Below are positions 51,426 through 64,000 of a stretch of 64,000 nt of DNA, piece after piece. The number at the start of each line of letters is the position of its first letter. Position 1 is the stretch's first letter. The translations under genes were made by a program, and so were the position numbers. The notes under the pieces were generated by a model. That model was not told the origin of the DNA. It saw nothing but the letters and a program-made list of their open reading frames with translations, and ran no database searches. This stretch comes from Kudoa neothunni (Eukaryota > Animalia > Cnidaria), in assembly GCA_964304625.1 (NCBI GenBank), contig OZ199840.1, positions 3,609,631 to 3,673,630 on the forward strand. Reading direction: 5' to 3'.

Positions 51426-53620
51426 ATATTTTTCTAATGTTTATTATTAATATAAAAAATATGTTTTTAGCATGAAATTAGCATTCTATTATATAAGAAT
51501 TCCTCCTTTGATAACTCTTTATTTTAATAAACACAATTACTAACAAAAATAAAGATTTTATATAGCATAGATATTTCGATTACTATAAAAACATTTTATA
51601 CCTAAATTGTTTAAGGATATTACTTTTTAACACATATACATAAATTCAAGAAATATTTTATTTTAATATATTGTGCGTCACCTTCTATACCTTCTTAGAT
51701 TTTAAATAATTTATAAAAGCTTAATGGGAAGGATTACAACGTTGTTAATTTTTTGTTTAATACCCAAAACAATTCGTTTCTTAGTGATTAAAAATTCCTA
51801 GTATAAATTTCAAAAAAAATATTACATAATTAATTTACATAATAAATATTTTAATTAAATTGGGGATATTGAATAAATAATTCAAATTAAATCTACTATA
51901 TAAAACAAACTAGTAATCCGTGTGTGTGTATGCACGCATTTTTCATTCTTTATAGAGAGATATATCGCTCCATTTGAGCGCATAAATGGAAAGATAAAAT
52001 TTTATTTTAACATAGGAAAATACGTAAAAAATTATGAAATGTTTGCATTCTACAAAATGACTAAAAACATTCTCACGTGATATGAGTGGTATGATTTCAG
52101 GATTTATGCAAACATATAGATCATTTCGTTAAATTTTTAAAAGTTGATTTTAAACGTACCATAGTGTTAATTTTACTCTAAAATTATACAAAAGTAACTT
52201 AATAATTGAGTTATTTCAAATAAGGAAGGTTATATTAGGTTATATAGCCAAGAATTAATATGAAATTCATTTGTTGATGTTTAACAAGATTAATCTTGTT
52301 CATATGGTATGATTTAGAGATTGCTGCAAACAACAAGGAGAAAATCGATTTTTAGGAGCTCAAAAGAGGAAATTTTAAACATTCAGTAATGTTTATTCGT
52401 TTTTAAAAACATAAAATAAGGTTGATACGTCCAAGTAGTTAATTATATCATCCGTTAATTGGCTAATCTTTGTACTATTTATCTAAATACTCTTAATTTA
52501 CTTTGAACTTTAAATGATCATGGTCTACTTAGGCCTCTAACCTACTTGGCAGGGCAAAGAAGCCCACGCGGAGGGGGGGCTTTTGCGATAATAAAACATA
52601 TTAAAATAAATCATTTTTTGGTCAAACCGATAAAATCCTATGTTTTTTTTTAAAGTTAAGTAAATACAAATTAATATGTTAATAATAAATTTGTTATAGG
52701 CGTTATATTCTTTATTAAAAATAAAGTAAAAATATATTTCATTAAAACATAAAAAATAATGATTTAATAAAATCATTTCTGAATTTAATCCTTTAATAAT
52801 TATATTTCATTTAGTTTAAAGAGTAAAATCCTTCAAACAAATATGTAAACTAAAAAATAATAGATAATTTTAGAATTTAATTCTTAATTATAGAAATTAT
52901 ATAATTTTAATAATGTAATATACATTGTTTCGATTACTCAAAACATGTCTATGATTACCAATGATAATTAATTATCGAAAATAGACAAAAAACAAAATAA
53001 TTTTCAATTATAAATATACATCAATATTTTAACCACAATTAAAGAGACCAAATAAAACATGTTGTGAATCAAGAGGAATTGAAAAATGCCTTCTCAAAAT
53101 TGAACAACACAGCATCTTACTTCAAAAATAGAATTGGACTGAATTATATCTACCCATTGATAGAAAAGAAATCCAGCATTATAAATTATAACGAATAATA
53201 CATATTTATAACCGATTATTTTACACATAATATTTAAATATTATTTACAACGCTCACGCCGTCAACTGGATATCGCACACATAAAATGTATTGCATACCT
53301 TTTTGTTAATCCTCCCAAAATCAATAATAAGCTCACGAGGCTGAAAAACCTAATTATAATTCTAACCAGTTAATATAAATGTTAACATAGTGATTTAACG
53401 CAAATTACATTAGACGGATCGAAATTATAAGATTAAAAAAATCCAAACGAACCTACTTTTGTTCAAATAATAAAATAAGCGCGCATCCCACCCCAATAAA
53501 ATCGTCATAAAAGTTAGAAAACCCTCACAAGAAATAACAACAATAATTAATAGACATAAATCAATATAGGTTTGTGGTAGATTTAGAAAACTTCGCCATG
53601 CAAACAAATATGACTAAGAA

Positions 53621-54176
53621 TTAGTTAAATAGACTCTTAATTTCTTCGCTTTCACACACATCCACATAAGCTTTGCCATCTGGTGTTTTGAATGAGGTGT
53701 CCGCCCCCTATCGAATTATACAGATGTAATGAGTTGGAGCACTAAACAACGAGAATGAAACTGAAATACATGTTCAATTAAAAATTTGGCACATTCGTTA
53801 TGATTTTCGTAGATAGCGGATAACAGGGCAGTGCTACCATAATCGTCTTTCAACTGTATGAACAACGAGTAATGATCAACACCAACTGCCACATAGAAAA
53901 ACACACAAACAAAAATATACATTAACGTCAGCACCTCTCTCGATTAACAATTGTAACAATTCCAAACGACCAAAATCAGCAGCAAGATGTAACAATGTCC
54001 TTCCGGTTTTAACTTTAGCGTTCACATCAGCCCCCTACCAAGCAATACAAATATCGTTAGTTTGATCCTACCACTCACAGCACACTACAAACAATTCCTA
54101 CCTGATCCAGGTAAGATCTTATAAGTTCATTTTCGCCATTCATAGCGGCCCAAACTATTTCATTGTTGTCAGCCAT
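53621..54176 (-). CDS. MTPN: Myotrophin (V-1) ankyrin-repeat protein, 119 aa, 4 exons
   Basis: Exons 54176-54102, 54034-53921, 53853-53770 and 53707-53621, all phase 0. Protein: [15 protein letters not shown]..|[22 protein letters not shown]|[18 protein letters not shown]..|[18 protein letters not shown]. Confidence 0.93.
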
Positions 54177-54965
54177 CGTAACTATCAACAGACTGTGGTT
54201 TTTAAAACGGATTTAATTAATACGGGATCGGTTAACTTCGCGTTTCCGATCCCGATTTTATTAACAAATATTTCTGTGTGGTTATGGATTAATTTGGTTA
54301 TGCACGGTTGTGTAGCGGTCACACAATCAAATTATAATGATAAAAAATGTATTTTTTCAAATACTTATGTGTTGTTGGATCAAATCGGGTTTCCATTAAT
54401 TCAAATCTATAACAAGGTTGTGCTGATCTCAGCCTATAATCCTATTACTTAGTCATTATTTTGTTCGTTTGTTAATTTCTCACAGGAGAACCTATCAAAT
54501 CTTAGAAACTCTAATTTTTTGAAAACTTTATTATTGTTATTATTATAGGTATTTTGAATTTGTAACATCTTTCAACAAATTAATCAATATATAATTTGTG
54601 TTATTGTTTGTGGAATGATTTCATTTGATAGCTTTACATTTATTACTCATATGAGGTTATTATCAGCTTCAATCGTTTAGTTATCGTAACGTCAATAATT
54701 CTAAATCCTCACGTTAATTTTCCCTTGAAGCCTGAGTAAATTTTTCATTTATATTATTGATGTGGTAGAAATTTCATGCTGTTTATATTTGAATGAGAAT
54801 GATTTCATTGTGATTTTCTCATAACAAATTATATTATAGCTTAAGTGTTTTTCAAACAACTTATTTGTGGAGGACTAATTAATTTAGTATAACGGTTTGA
54901 GTACGAACTAATATGGATTATTAGGTTCCAAAAGCCTTTTCTCTCAACCCGTAAAAACAACTTAA

Positions 54966-56357
54966 CCCTCCCCGTACTGCGTACGAAAAAATTACGCGTG
55001 TGCCGATGGGGTCCATTTGGGACCCCCTTTTAAATCGGCCTTAAACGCCACCAATTATTACGAAACTAACAAGATGTTATTTATAGACATTTATAAGTAT
55101 AAACAATAAAATCTAGCTCTCCCCGGTTGCTTAAAATGCAGATATGAGACCAAGATGAACTTATTGTGTCCGACCAATGTGATGAAATCAGCGCATACAT
55201 TTTAGCATTAATGGCTTCGAAGACGTTTAAAAGACATAAATCTCTAATTTATTCGACTAGGTGCTATAAAAAATTAATAGGTGATGATCAAACACAGGCC
55301 AAACTAAGCGCCGTTCTGTAGAAATTATCGGACCGTTTCGGAAGTAGTAAATGTAGCGGCGCATGCAGTTTGCTCTGAGATTTCATAGAAAGTGGTGTTT
55401 GAAAAATTCGCATCGTTTTAATTCCTTCATAATTAAAATAAAAAATTACAAAGGTACATTGCTTATTAATGTATTTACATTTTTAAATGCTACATCCCCT
55501 AACGTTTGTACGAACTTTTATTTATTTATTTGCATATTTAATAGTTAATATGATTGGATTAAAGAATTTAATTTAAGGAAACCTAAGTTGTTTACATATT
55601 TTGGTATCCATACTTGCAAAACTGCTGGAACATACATTTAACGCTTCTATACGAATAATTCGTAGCACATACATGTCGATATCAATAATCAATAAACACA
55701 CGGTGCTTTAACTACTGTTAAATACTCAATACAAATATTAATAGCCATTATTTCTGACTATTTTTAAAAATTATTGACAGGTCTTACTGTTTATTTTATT
55801 AAATTTGCAATATAACAATTATTCGCCAAATACTTTATACTCTATTAATTTATATTTCGCCGAATAAAAATTACGGAATCCTCAGATAATACACAAAGAT
55901 TCTAATAGTTATATTGCAATTAATGAATAATGGATTAATTTTTTGTTGGTAAACAGAGATTCTTTAGAGAAACAAGAGCCTACCAACCAAGAAGCGCGGT
56001 ACGGATGAATTCTCGCTGATCTCCTATGAAGTCGAAGTATGTATAAACCTTATGTATATATGGCTTAAAAATCAATTAAACAAAATTTATATATATAAAT
56101 AAGTAAAATAGATTAATATGCATATCATGAACCATTTTTCTCGAAATTTTATAGGAATAAACATGCGGATTATGAAATAAATATAATCTCTAAGGCATAT
56201 TTTTTAAATTAGAAAAAAAATTTTAGTTTCTATACTTACTTTTTAACTTTATAGAGGCATTCCTGGAATAGTTAAGAAGTCAATCGTTCAGTTTCAGAGT
56301 AACGCGAAAAATACTGAAATTGGGGTCCCTAATGGACCCCGCTTCGGACAGGGAGGG
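54966..56357. mobile_element. Non-autonomous piggyBac element (1392 bp)
   Basis: TTAA|CCCTCCC ... GGGAGGG|TTAA, with the subterminal palindrome GGGGTCCATTWGGGACCCC mirrored at both ends. Confidence 0.85.
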
Positions 56358-56427
56358 TTAAACTAACATTGGTTTGGAAAAATTCTGTTATCATCTTAAC
56401 AATTACAACTCTTAGGTTAGTATAACC

Positions 56428-57047
56428 CCGTGGTACTCAAACTTTTTTGCGATTGAACCCATTTCTTATACATTATTTATAATATAATGGAACCCTTATC
56501 CAAGTTAACCCATTAATATTAGTTCAACAAATCTAAATGGGTTAAAACTTATTATAATAAAAAATATTTGTCTGTAACACACTTGTCGAAATTGGAATAG
56601 TAAATACATATTATAATAAAGAAAATAATTTAAAACACACAGTATATTGGAGCATATTCCTTGTTTTTTTAACTATTGCTTGCGTACCGTTCATTCGCAA
56701 GTTCGCCTATTTCTGTGTCCTTTTTGGATGATGTTGTGTAAGTATTCTTTTTAACCGCCGACCAATAGTAGGACTTAAAGTGGTCAAAATAATCTGTTGA
56801 AAAGAAGAAATACTGATGTTAACAGCAAGGCAGCACAGTCTTCCTGCAGATGCGTTGGTATGTAACTAAACGACAAAAGCCAGCTATCACCATTGTTACT
56901 AACTTAAGCTATCGATGAAAATTCATTTACATCATAAGATATGAACTATATATACCGATTTCTTATGTTATGATTAAACTTTGCTTTTCATCGTAGCTTT
57001 GTGGAACTCCTGTACTTTCTTTATGGTATCCATTTTGAGAACCGCTG
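56428..57047. mobile_element. Degenerate hAT-type MITE
   Basis: CCGTGGTACTCAAA versus the reverse complement of TTTGAGAACCGCTG (11/14 identical). No clear TSD. Confidence 0.45.
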
Positions 57048-60000
57048 ATTTAGATTAACTCTATCTCAAGACAACTTATATTTGTACATAACTTGATCTT
57101 TAATTCATTTCAAGATGAAGAAACTAGGCCACTGAAGTCAATAGTAACACTCACCTTCCTATGAGTAAATTAAACTACTTAATTAATCTCAATTTTCCGT
57201 ATACTATACTCATTATATATTATAAACATTATAATATTACAGTTTTAGAATTTTTTACAACGAAAAGAATTATTGCGGTACATTTTACTACAAAACTTTT
57301 ATAAGATCATTCTCTTGTAAAAACCTTATTAATGACTTTATATAAAAATATCAAATCATAATTTTAAAGTACTCATTTAATGAGAAATAAATTGAATATA
57401 CACAGAATCTGTGAACCACAAAAATATTATACAATAACAAACCTTTTTTGAGGTAGAACTTACCTCAAAACCTTAGAGGATTAAAATATTTAATCCAGAG
57501 ATATTTCCTCCAATCAATCAATTAATCAAATAATTGTGCATACAGTAATGGGCCGGTCTTACATCCATTGCTGATTTTACATATTATAAGGTCCGCTCAT
57601 ATTTTAAATGATTTCAAAAATTATTTAATGTTACAATTACTCGCATTTAATAATTTATAAGCTTCATTATTACGAATAAAAGAAAAATAAAAAGTCAGAT
57701 GAGGATCGCTCGTACGTACCTTTTTCCTTGACCGCGTAATTAAATTGAGCGTTTCTCGTTTTCTACCAGAGTTATTCAATTCATAAGTTTTTATGGTTAC
57801 ATTAATGTGACAGGTAGTTAAAAAACGAAGGATAAACATAGACACATGCTGTAAATATATAGTAATGTGGTTTATAATTAGAGGCCGTAATTTTCGATGA
57901 CTATTTTTAAAATATTCGTCGTTTATTGAAAAGCTCGCGCACGCGCGGCACTACACTTTATTACCAAGCTAAATGTGCAATGAGATAAATGAATGAATAT
58001 ATTTTTTTTATAAAATTTTTCATTAGAATATAATATCTAAAGCATTCTCATTCGTTCAAACGCTAATTTCACTGTATTACTTATGAGAAAATGCTTTAAT
58101 TTTAAGAAACTTCTTTCCACGGCTGTAGGTGATGGCGATGTATGCACCAAATCTTGGCCTTCCCCTAGACAATATGAATTATTTAGATTGGGTTATTATC
58201 TAAAATCCAGGACCTATCAGTTTATCATTTTATCATTTCTATGAAGTGAGAGTTTCAACAACTTTTGCTGTGGAATTTCTCGTTGATCGATGTTTACCAA
58301 ATTTTGGTATATTTTTTAGATAAATTTCCTAATTTAAAGCTGTTTATTCGGATATATAATTGTCAATTCGTCTGTTTTTTCTGTCTGTAATAAAACGAAA
58401 AATAATAGATAAATTATCTCGATTGTAGCTGGAAAATGTAGAAATATTTTAAAAATTCGATGCTTTTCAACGTTTATCGATTTTAATCTATAATTACGAC
58501 ATCTATTTATAATGGTTCCCTCCCTAATTCATATTAGTAACAATAGGGCAATGACAGTTACCCAAAGATTCAGAAATGGAAGATGATTTTATTGATAAAA
58601 ATCAAAACTTTCAATATCGCCTTACTTTATTTAGAAAAGCTTGGAAACTATATTAAACATCGTGGATCGGAAATATATGAGTTGAGTTACGTCGGATTTT
58701 ATTTCAGATGTTTATTCAATTTTAAGGTAAAAAAATAATCGTCTTTTCATTAATATTTAAGTTATAGCTAGTTGAATGGTTTAATATTTTTTGTGCTGCT
58801 CAAAGATGTACGTACTACAATGGGTGACGGCTAATACTCACTTTTGCTTTTTTTTGCTTTTACATAGAGAATTTATTACTTGTAGAACGCATTTGTTAAG
58901 TTGACGTTTATAGACATAATTCAGTTGAGTTTTTAAACTAGAAAAATAATTTTACGAGAAAACTTTGATAAAATAAAAAATTGAAATTTAAACGCATTGT
59001 TGGGTAATACGCACCTTTACCTTGAAATTAACCTTAAAATCGCGCGAAGGTACTATTTGATTTGTATGTACGGTTGAAAAAACCTTTATGATATGATATG
59101 CTTATAATAAATGAAAAATAATATTCATTAAAATATTTGGAGTTAATAGTAGAAAAATAAGTCACAAACTTAAAAATTTTATTTCTATATTCATATGAAT
59201 TTTAAATAATACTCTTTCCAAGAAATTATAAATTATGGAATTAGATGAAGGTGGAGCCGTAAATGTTAAACAACAAACAATCGATGAATTCGACAAAAAA
59301 TATACGAACGGATTACTTGAGTGAGGTCAAATATTTCAGAGTTGTACTTAACGCAAGAGCATTTTTAAAAATAATGAAATTGTGAAGAAAATTATGAAGT
59401 GTGCCAATGATTTCAGTTATAATTGGTTTCCAGTTTTTAGGAACAGTTTAATCCGCGTAGATTTAACTTTTATAATGATGTCAAAATAGTTGATGAATGT
59501 ACGTCTAAAAATCACTCTGAATAATTCTAAACTCAAGGTGGCGTTGAATTTTAATTAAGACAAAATTATGATTCAATTTCAATGTAATTTTCAATATAGA
59601 AGATTTTAAAAATCAAGAAAGAGATCATTCGACTGAGAATGGCGATTTTCAACTACTTAAACATTATTTAAGTGTCACTTTTGAAATATGTGAATGTCGA
59701 AGCAGACAACGAAAAATATCAAAATTTATCCAATTATCTCAAGACATTAGTTTTTCCTATTTAGAAACAGTTGATGAAGAAATATCTAGATTACAAAAAC
59801 CATTTAAATGCCTCAAATGTATAAAAGGATTTAAAACAAAACAGGGTTAAATTTATTTCCAAAAGTACGCTTAAAACTTAGAATAGGAATTATTTAACAT
59901 ATACATGAAATGTAAGACAAATAAAATCAACCGATGTTTTCTAGAGTAAAATATTACAATAATAATCAAGAATAACCGAATTTTGAATATACACATGCAC

Positions 60001-60326
60001 CGAAAGTGCATATTACCTAATCTTGACTGCTAATTTTCATTTTTTCTCACATCCCAAAAAGATTACGTATTACCGTCACCCACTGGATCAGGCTGGGACC
60101 GGTAATACATACCATTTCTGCATCCCCAAAGGGATTACTTACGACCGATCCATTACTGTAATTTCGTTTAATCGTATCCAACTCTCGACTCTCACGTACA
60201 CCTGAAGTTAACACCTATATTGAATTACGAATTCTACTATATTTTACGCAAATAACAAATCAGTGGAAAATTAGGATTTACTGCATTACCAATTTTCTTG
60301 TAATAAATAAATTAAATACAAATTAA

Positions 60327-62907
60327 TCCTTGGGAAACGTAGTTCAAAAAACATACGCGTGTGCCGAACGAGGTGCCTGAGGTACCCCAGAGGTTTTTCA
60401 ATTTAAATCATTTACTCGGATAAAAATTTTGTTTTATATGGTTATTACTTAATCAAAAATAAAAATAAACGTCATTGATGTAGAAATATTTAGTCGGTTA
60501 GAAAAAAATACAAGAAACTCATAGCCATCGTTTTGAGGAAAATGCAATACAATCGCGCCTCAATGTTGCGTAGTAGCCCCATATCCCGTTAATTTTTTAA
60601 TTGGTTATAATTTTAGATACTTCTAAGTAATAATTACATTATTATCTCGTAAAATATGTATAAAAATATCTATGAATAAGAAAATTAATATGAAATTGCG
60701 AAGTAATTTTGTATTGCATAGTAGTTCTAAGGTCCGGAAACCCTGTATTGATTCGACATTGCGTAATAAATTTGACCATGCCAAGGATACAGAGGGATGT
60801 TGATGAGAAGTTTAAATTATCAGTTGAAATAATTCAATTAAGTCAAAAAGGAGTTAAAAAATGAACAACTTAGAAATTTTATATTAGTAATAGAATAATT
60901 ATATCTTGGTAAAAAATATTTTTAAATATAAAGAATATTCAACTCTCGGTAGAATCTTTTCGATAGAACAAATAATTTCCAGGAACGACATTTCTAACAA
61001 ACGAAAACGTGAATGAAGGATAGACTTTATTAATGGTCTAATTTAAACTTCCGAGCGCCTCTAAATCGACTATACACATATACACATAGTGCTTTTAGTG
61101 TCTATTATACCCCACTTTTTTATTTAATGTTATGAATTTAAGTAATTTTTAAAATTTCATCATGCAAAAATAAAAAAATTTTATCGACAAAATCGTACAA
61201 TAATTGACAAAAAGCATGATTGGCGCAGTTTCCCGACATTATCCGAACAATGTTAAGGGCTATATATTCTTGTTAAATACATTTGTACGAAATCTTGTGT
61301 AAAATGATCTTTCAACAATATTTAAAATAATGTATTATAAATTATCTCATATATGATTAATTAGATTCAAACTTTAAGACACAAGAAAATAGTTATCAAC
61401 AAAATGGACTAAAAAAGATTCTAATGTTCAACTTAAACGCATATATCAACATAAAAGTTTAAATTTACTTTCTGTAAATTTCCATCTTATTATATGTGAG
61501 TTTAAGGGAACGATAGTACCATTATTTCTATCAGATCTACAGGAAAATCGATGCTCTGCCTTTAATTAACAATTTATTACGTACGTCACAAGAGAAATCT
61601 TATTCCGCAAAAATATGAAAATAATAACGTAATGCAGACATTTATTTGTGTCCAATGAACTGTTAAAATAAGCACGTTCGGAATGTTCTTCGCAACACTA
61701 TTTCTTAAATACAACACATTTATGCATTGTCCTATGATCACTGTTTTTTAGGCTCACAGCGAATTGTTTACGGGATTTTTTGGAATAATATTGGTGCTAT
61801 TTGGATTTTCTGCTCTTGATTTAGGTACAAATTTAGAGCCAAGCAATTGTTGAAGGACCGGAACGTGCTAGCGCTAGCGAATTTCTCTAAAAATTAGGCT
61901 CGTTTGATTTTTTCATAAATGAATATGATTTTATATAAGCAAAACGCGTTAAACAGATTTATTCCGATATTATAAAAAATTACTGCTGACCTGCCTATGG
62001 AATATCTTTTTAAGCTTGTGCAGGTGAAAATCCGATCAATCGTATCAATAGCTCATTTAATTTTTTCATAATATTTGATGTTACCTGGCTTCTTTTTTTT
62101 TCATCGTTAAATGTGTTTGTATAAGCTGTTGAATTGGCTAAAATTAACAAATCCTTATTATTTTAGGGACTTACGAGGCTAGAATTTTCTTTTCATTAAA
62201 CAGAAAAAGTGTGCTAAATGACTCCTTCGTTTTATTTTTTTCATTATACGCCGAACATTCCTCTTATTTACTTTAAGTGTTGTAACCATGGTAAGAACCA
62301 TTTTCAATAACTGAAAGTTCATTGCAACAATGATTATAATAATGAAAGTCAAACATATTGGCATTACACGTAACATTTCTGTAAAAATTGCCATCCAAAA
62401 ATATGTTAAAAAATCCGTTATATTAAAGATTCTCTGAGTAGAAACATTCGTAAGGCCTTACTTAAAAAGTTTTCTTCTAATATTTTGGAGGTTTTTAAAG
62501 CTTCTGCAGTCGAGATAAGGTTATTGCCATCATATTCAGATAAATTAATGACAGAATCAATGCAATCAAAGAATTAATGATTTCACTGAAGTCGGAATTA
62601 TGTCCAGTGGAATATATTTCGTTAAAGGCCTCCATAAAGACAAATTTCCGTAGTAAGAATAAGCGAGATTCGTGTATATTTGTATAATCTCGCAGGCAAG
62701 TATATCCCATTTTTCTCGTTATTTCGTCAATAGAATTTGCTAATATTCTCGACTCCATTTTATTATAATTTTAGACATAAAATGATAATTCAAAACTTAT
62801 TCGGCAGCCATACAATATAATAAATTTCATAAGAATGGATAGAGTTTCAGAAAATTTAGATAATTGAGGTTCCTAAAATATCCCATCCGTCATGTGTCAT
62901 GTAAGGG
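60327..62907 (-). mobile_element. Old piggyBac element with decayed transposase
   Basis: TTAA at both ends (60323-60326 and 62908-62911). The left subterminus TACGCGTGTGCCGA..GGTGCC..GGTACCCC resembles that of 54966. Minus-strand remnants at ~61640-62760: ITDFLT (TDNFFT-like), LTMVTTLKVNKR (GTLRxNKR-like), KKPGNIKYY, and a C-terminal C..C.EH. Confidence 0.6.
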
Positions 62908-63682
62908 TTAAAAACGAATTATACTTAACTATTAAAATTAAGAAGACAATTTAGATTTCCACAGTAAATATTAGATAGGAATCACGGCAAAAAACCAGCG
63001 ACCTACAGAGTACAGAAGGGGCAGGAAATACGCCGCCCATTGCTAAAGTGTTTTCTCGATTACGGGACCTACCTCGAAAATAAGACCAAATGTTATTCTT
63101 GAGCCAGTTATTAATATGAGACCTAGCAGAATATCCCAAATCTCGATATTCTGAATTGTATAACAAAATATCTCCAACGTTGTAATTTTATCAGATAGTC
63201 AATAATAATAATAATAAAAATTTTTAAGGTAAAACACTCATTCGATACGTAGATTTGGATATCTAACAGTGATTTTATCTTCATTTCTAACGAGAAGACA
63301 AGCATACTCACAAAATTTCATTAAACATCGTATTTCCTTCGATAGAAATATTATTCTGTCTAATTAAAAACGTCTTTTCTGTTACATGAGCTAAATAATG
63401 CAAAGGGAGTTTGGCGTGTTAAAAATTAGACTTAATTCCCCGTATTAGTTATCAGATCAAAAAACATAAGCCCCTCTCATATTTGGAAATAAGTAACCGC
63501 ACTTAAAAGTTGACGGAAAAACAATCCCACATCCACACAACATGTACAAACATCGCTAATTTTGTAAGATTATGCTCGCTCAACGAATGTTAATTACACA
63601 GAAAAAAATTAACCGCACTGATAAAAAATAAAATATCAAACAGAATTAAGGCGCTATATAAGGGGTTAAACAGACTAAAAAA

Positions 63683-64000
63683 TTATCTTCGCATTGTTTC
63701 AAATCGCTTGAAGGTGTAATTTAAAAACACCCAATCTTGTTGGGAGGATGTTTTACTATCGGGTAGACTCTCTAAAATGGCGTGAATGTAATAAAATGTG
63801 AAATATATCAAACAAAATATACCCCAAGTGGGATTGATATCGGGGAACTTATCGAAATTTGAAGTATCATCGATAGCTCTAATCTGTACTGGGATGGCAG
63901 GTTCATGTTCTCTAGAGCTGGAAAAAAAGTTCAATCATATTATAACAAAATAAACAAAAATCTGTTATACTTGATCACGTCCCAATCGACAGAATTGAAA
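63683..64000 (-). CDS. STK38: NDR/STK38-family AGC kinase, 3' exons (gene continues beyond the window)
   Basis: Exons 64000-63971, 63911-63823 and 63771-63683 give FNSVDWDVIK|EHEPAIPVQIRAIDDTSNFDKFPD..|..DWVFLNYTFKRFE, the NDR hydrophobic-motif tail. STK38 versus STK38L cannot be resolved. Confidence 0.9.

Noticed and set aside
59989-60205. Two imperfect direct repeats (CATCCC..GATTAC..TA..ACCG) about 70 bp apart, superficially CRISPR-like
   Set aside because: Only two degenerate units, eukaryotic context and no cas genes. Probably a TE subterminal repeat, but no matching other end was found.

Overview
AT-rich animal genomic DNA, not prokaryotic. It has very short GT-AG introns (mostly 30-70 bp) and fast-evolving but recognisable metazoan genes, which fits a compact parasitic animal such as a myxozoan cnidarian (inference only). 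Host genes I could splice by hand: TBC1D24/skywalker-like TBC+TLDc protein (+, 2810-8536), branched-chain aminotransferase with a probable mitochondrial presequence (+, 20282-21648), DDB1 (-, 31805-36721, with about 7 single-base frameshifts), an orphan ~1385-aa secreted Asn/Ser/Thr/Pro-rich protein with Tyr/Pro repeats (+, 45683-50122), myotrophin (-, 53621-54176), the 3' end of an NDR/STK38 kinase (-, 63683-end), and a disrupted claudin/PMP22-like tetraspan sequence (+, ~12.8-13.8 kb). The intergenic space holds a diverse set of transposons, several with TIRs and TSDs I could read directly: two Merlin-type elements, an apparently intact 5-exon MULE, several hAT and piggyBac elements and MITEs, pogo/Tigger elements, a BEL/Pao integrase fragment and a GC-rich tRNA-derived SINE, with two clear nested insertions. 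I found no rRNA, intact tRNA or CRISPR array, and no unambiguous new multi-gene system. The best leads are the orphan secreted protein, the intact spliced MULE, the SINE and the frameshifted DDB1, which is most likely an assembly error.
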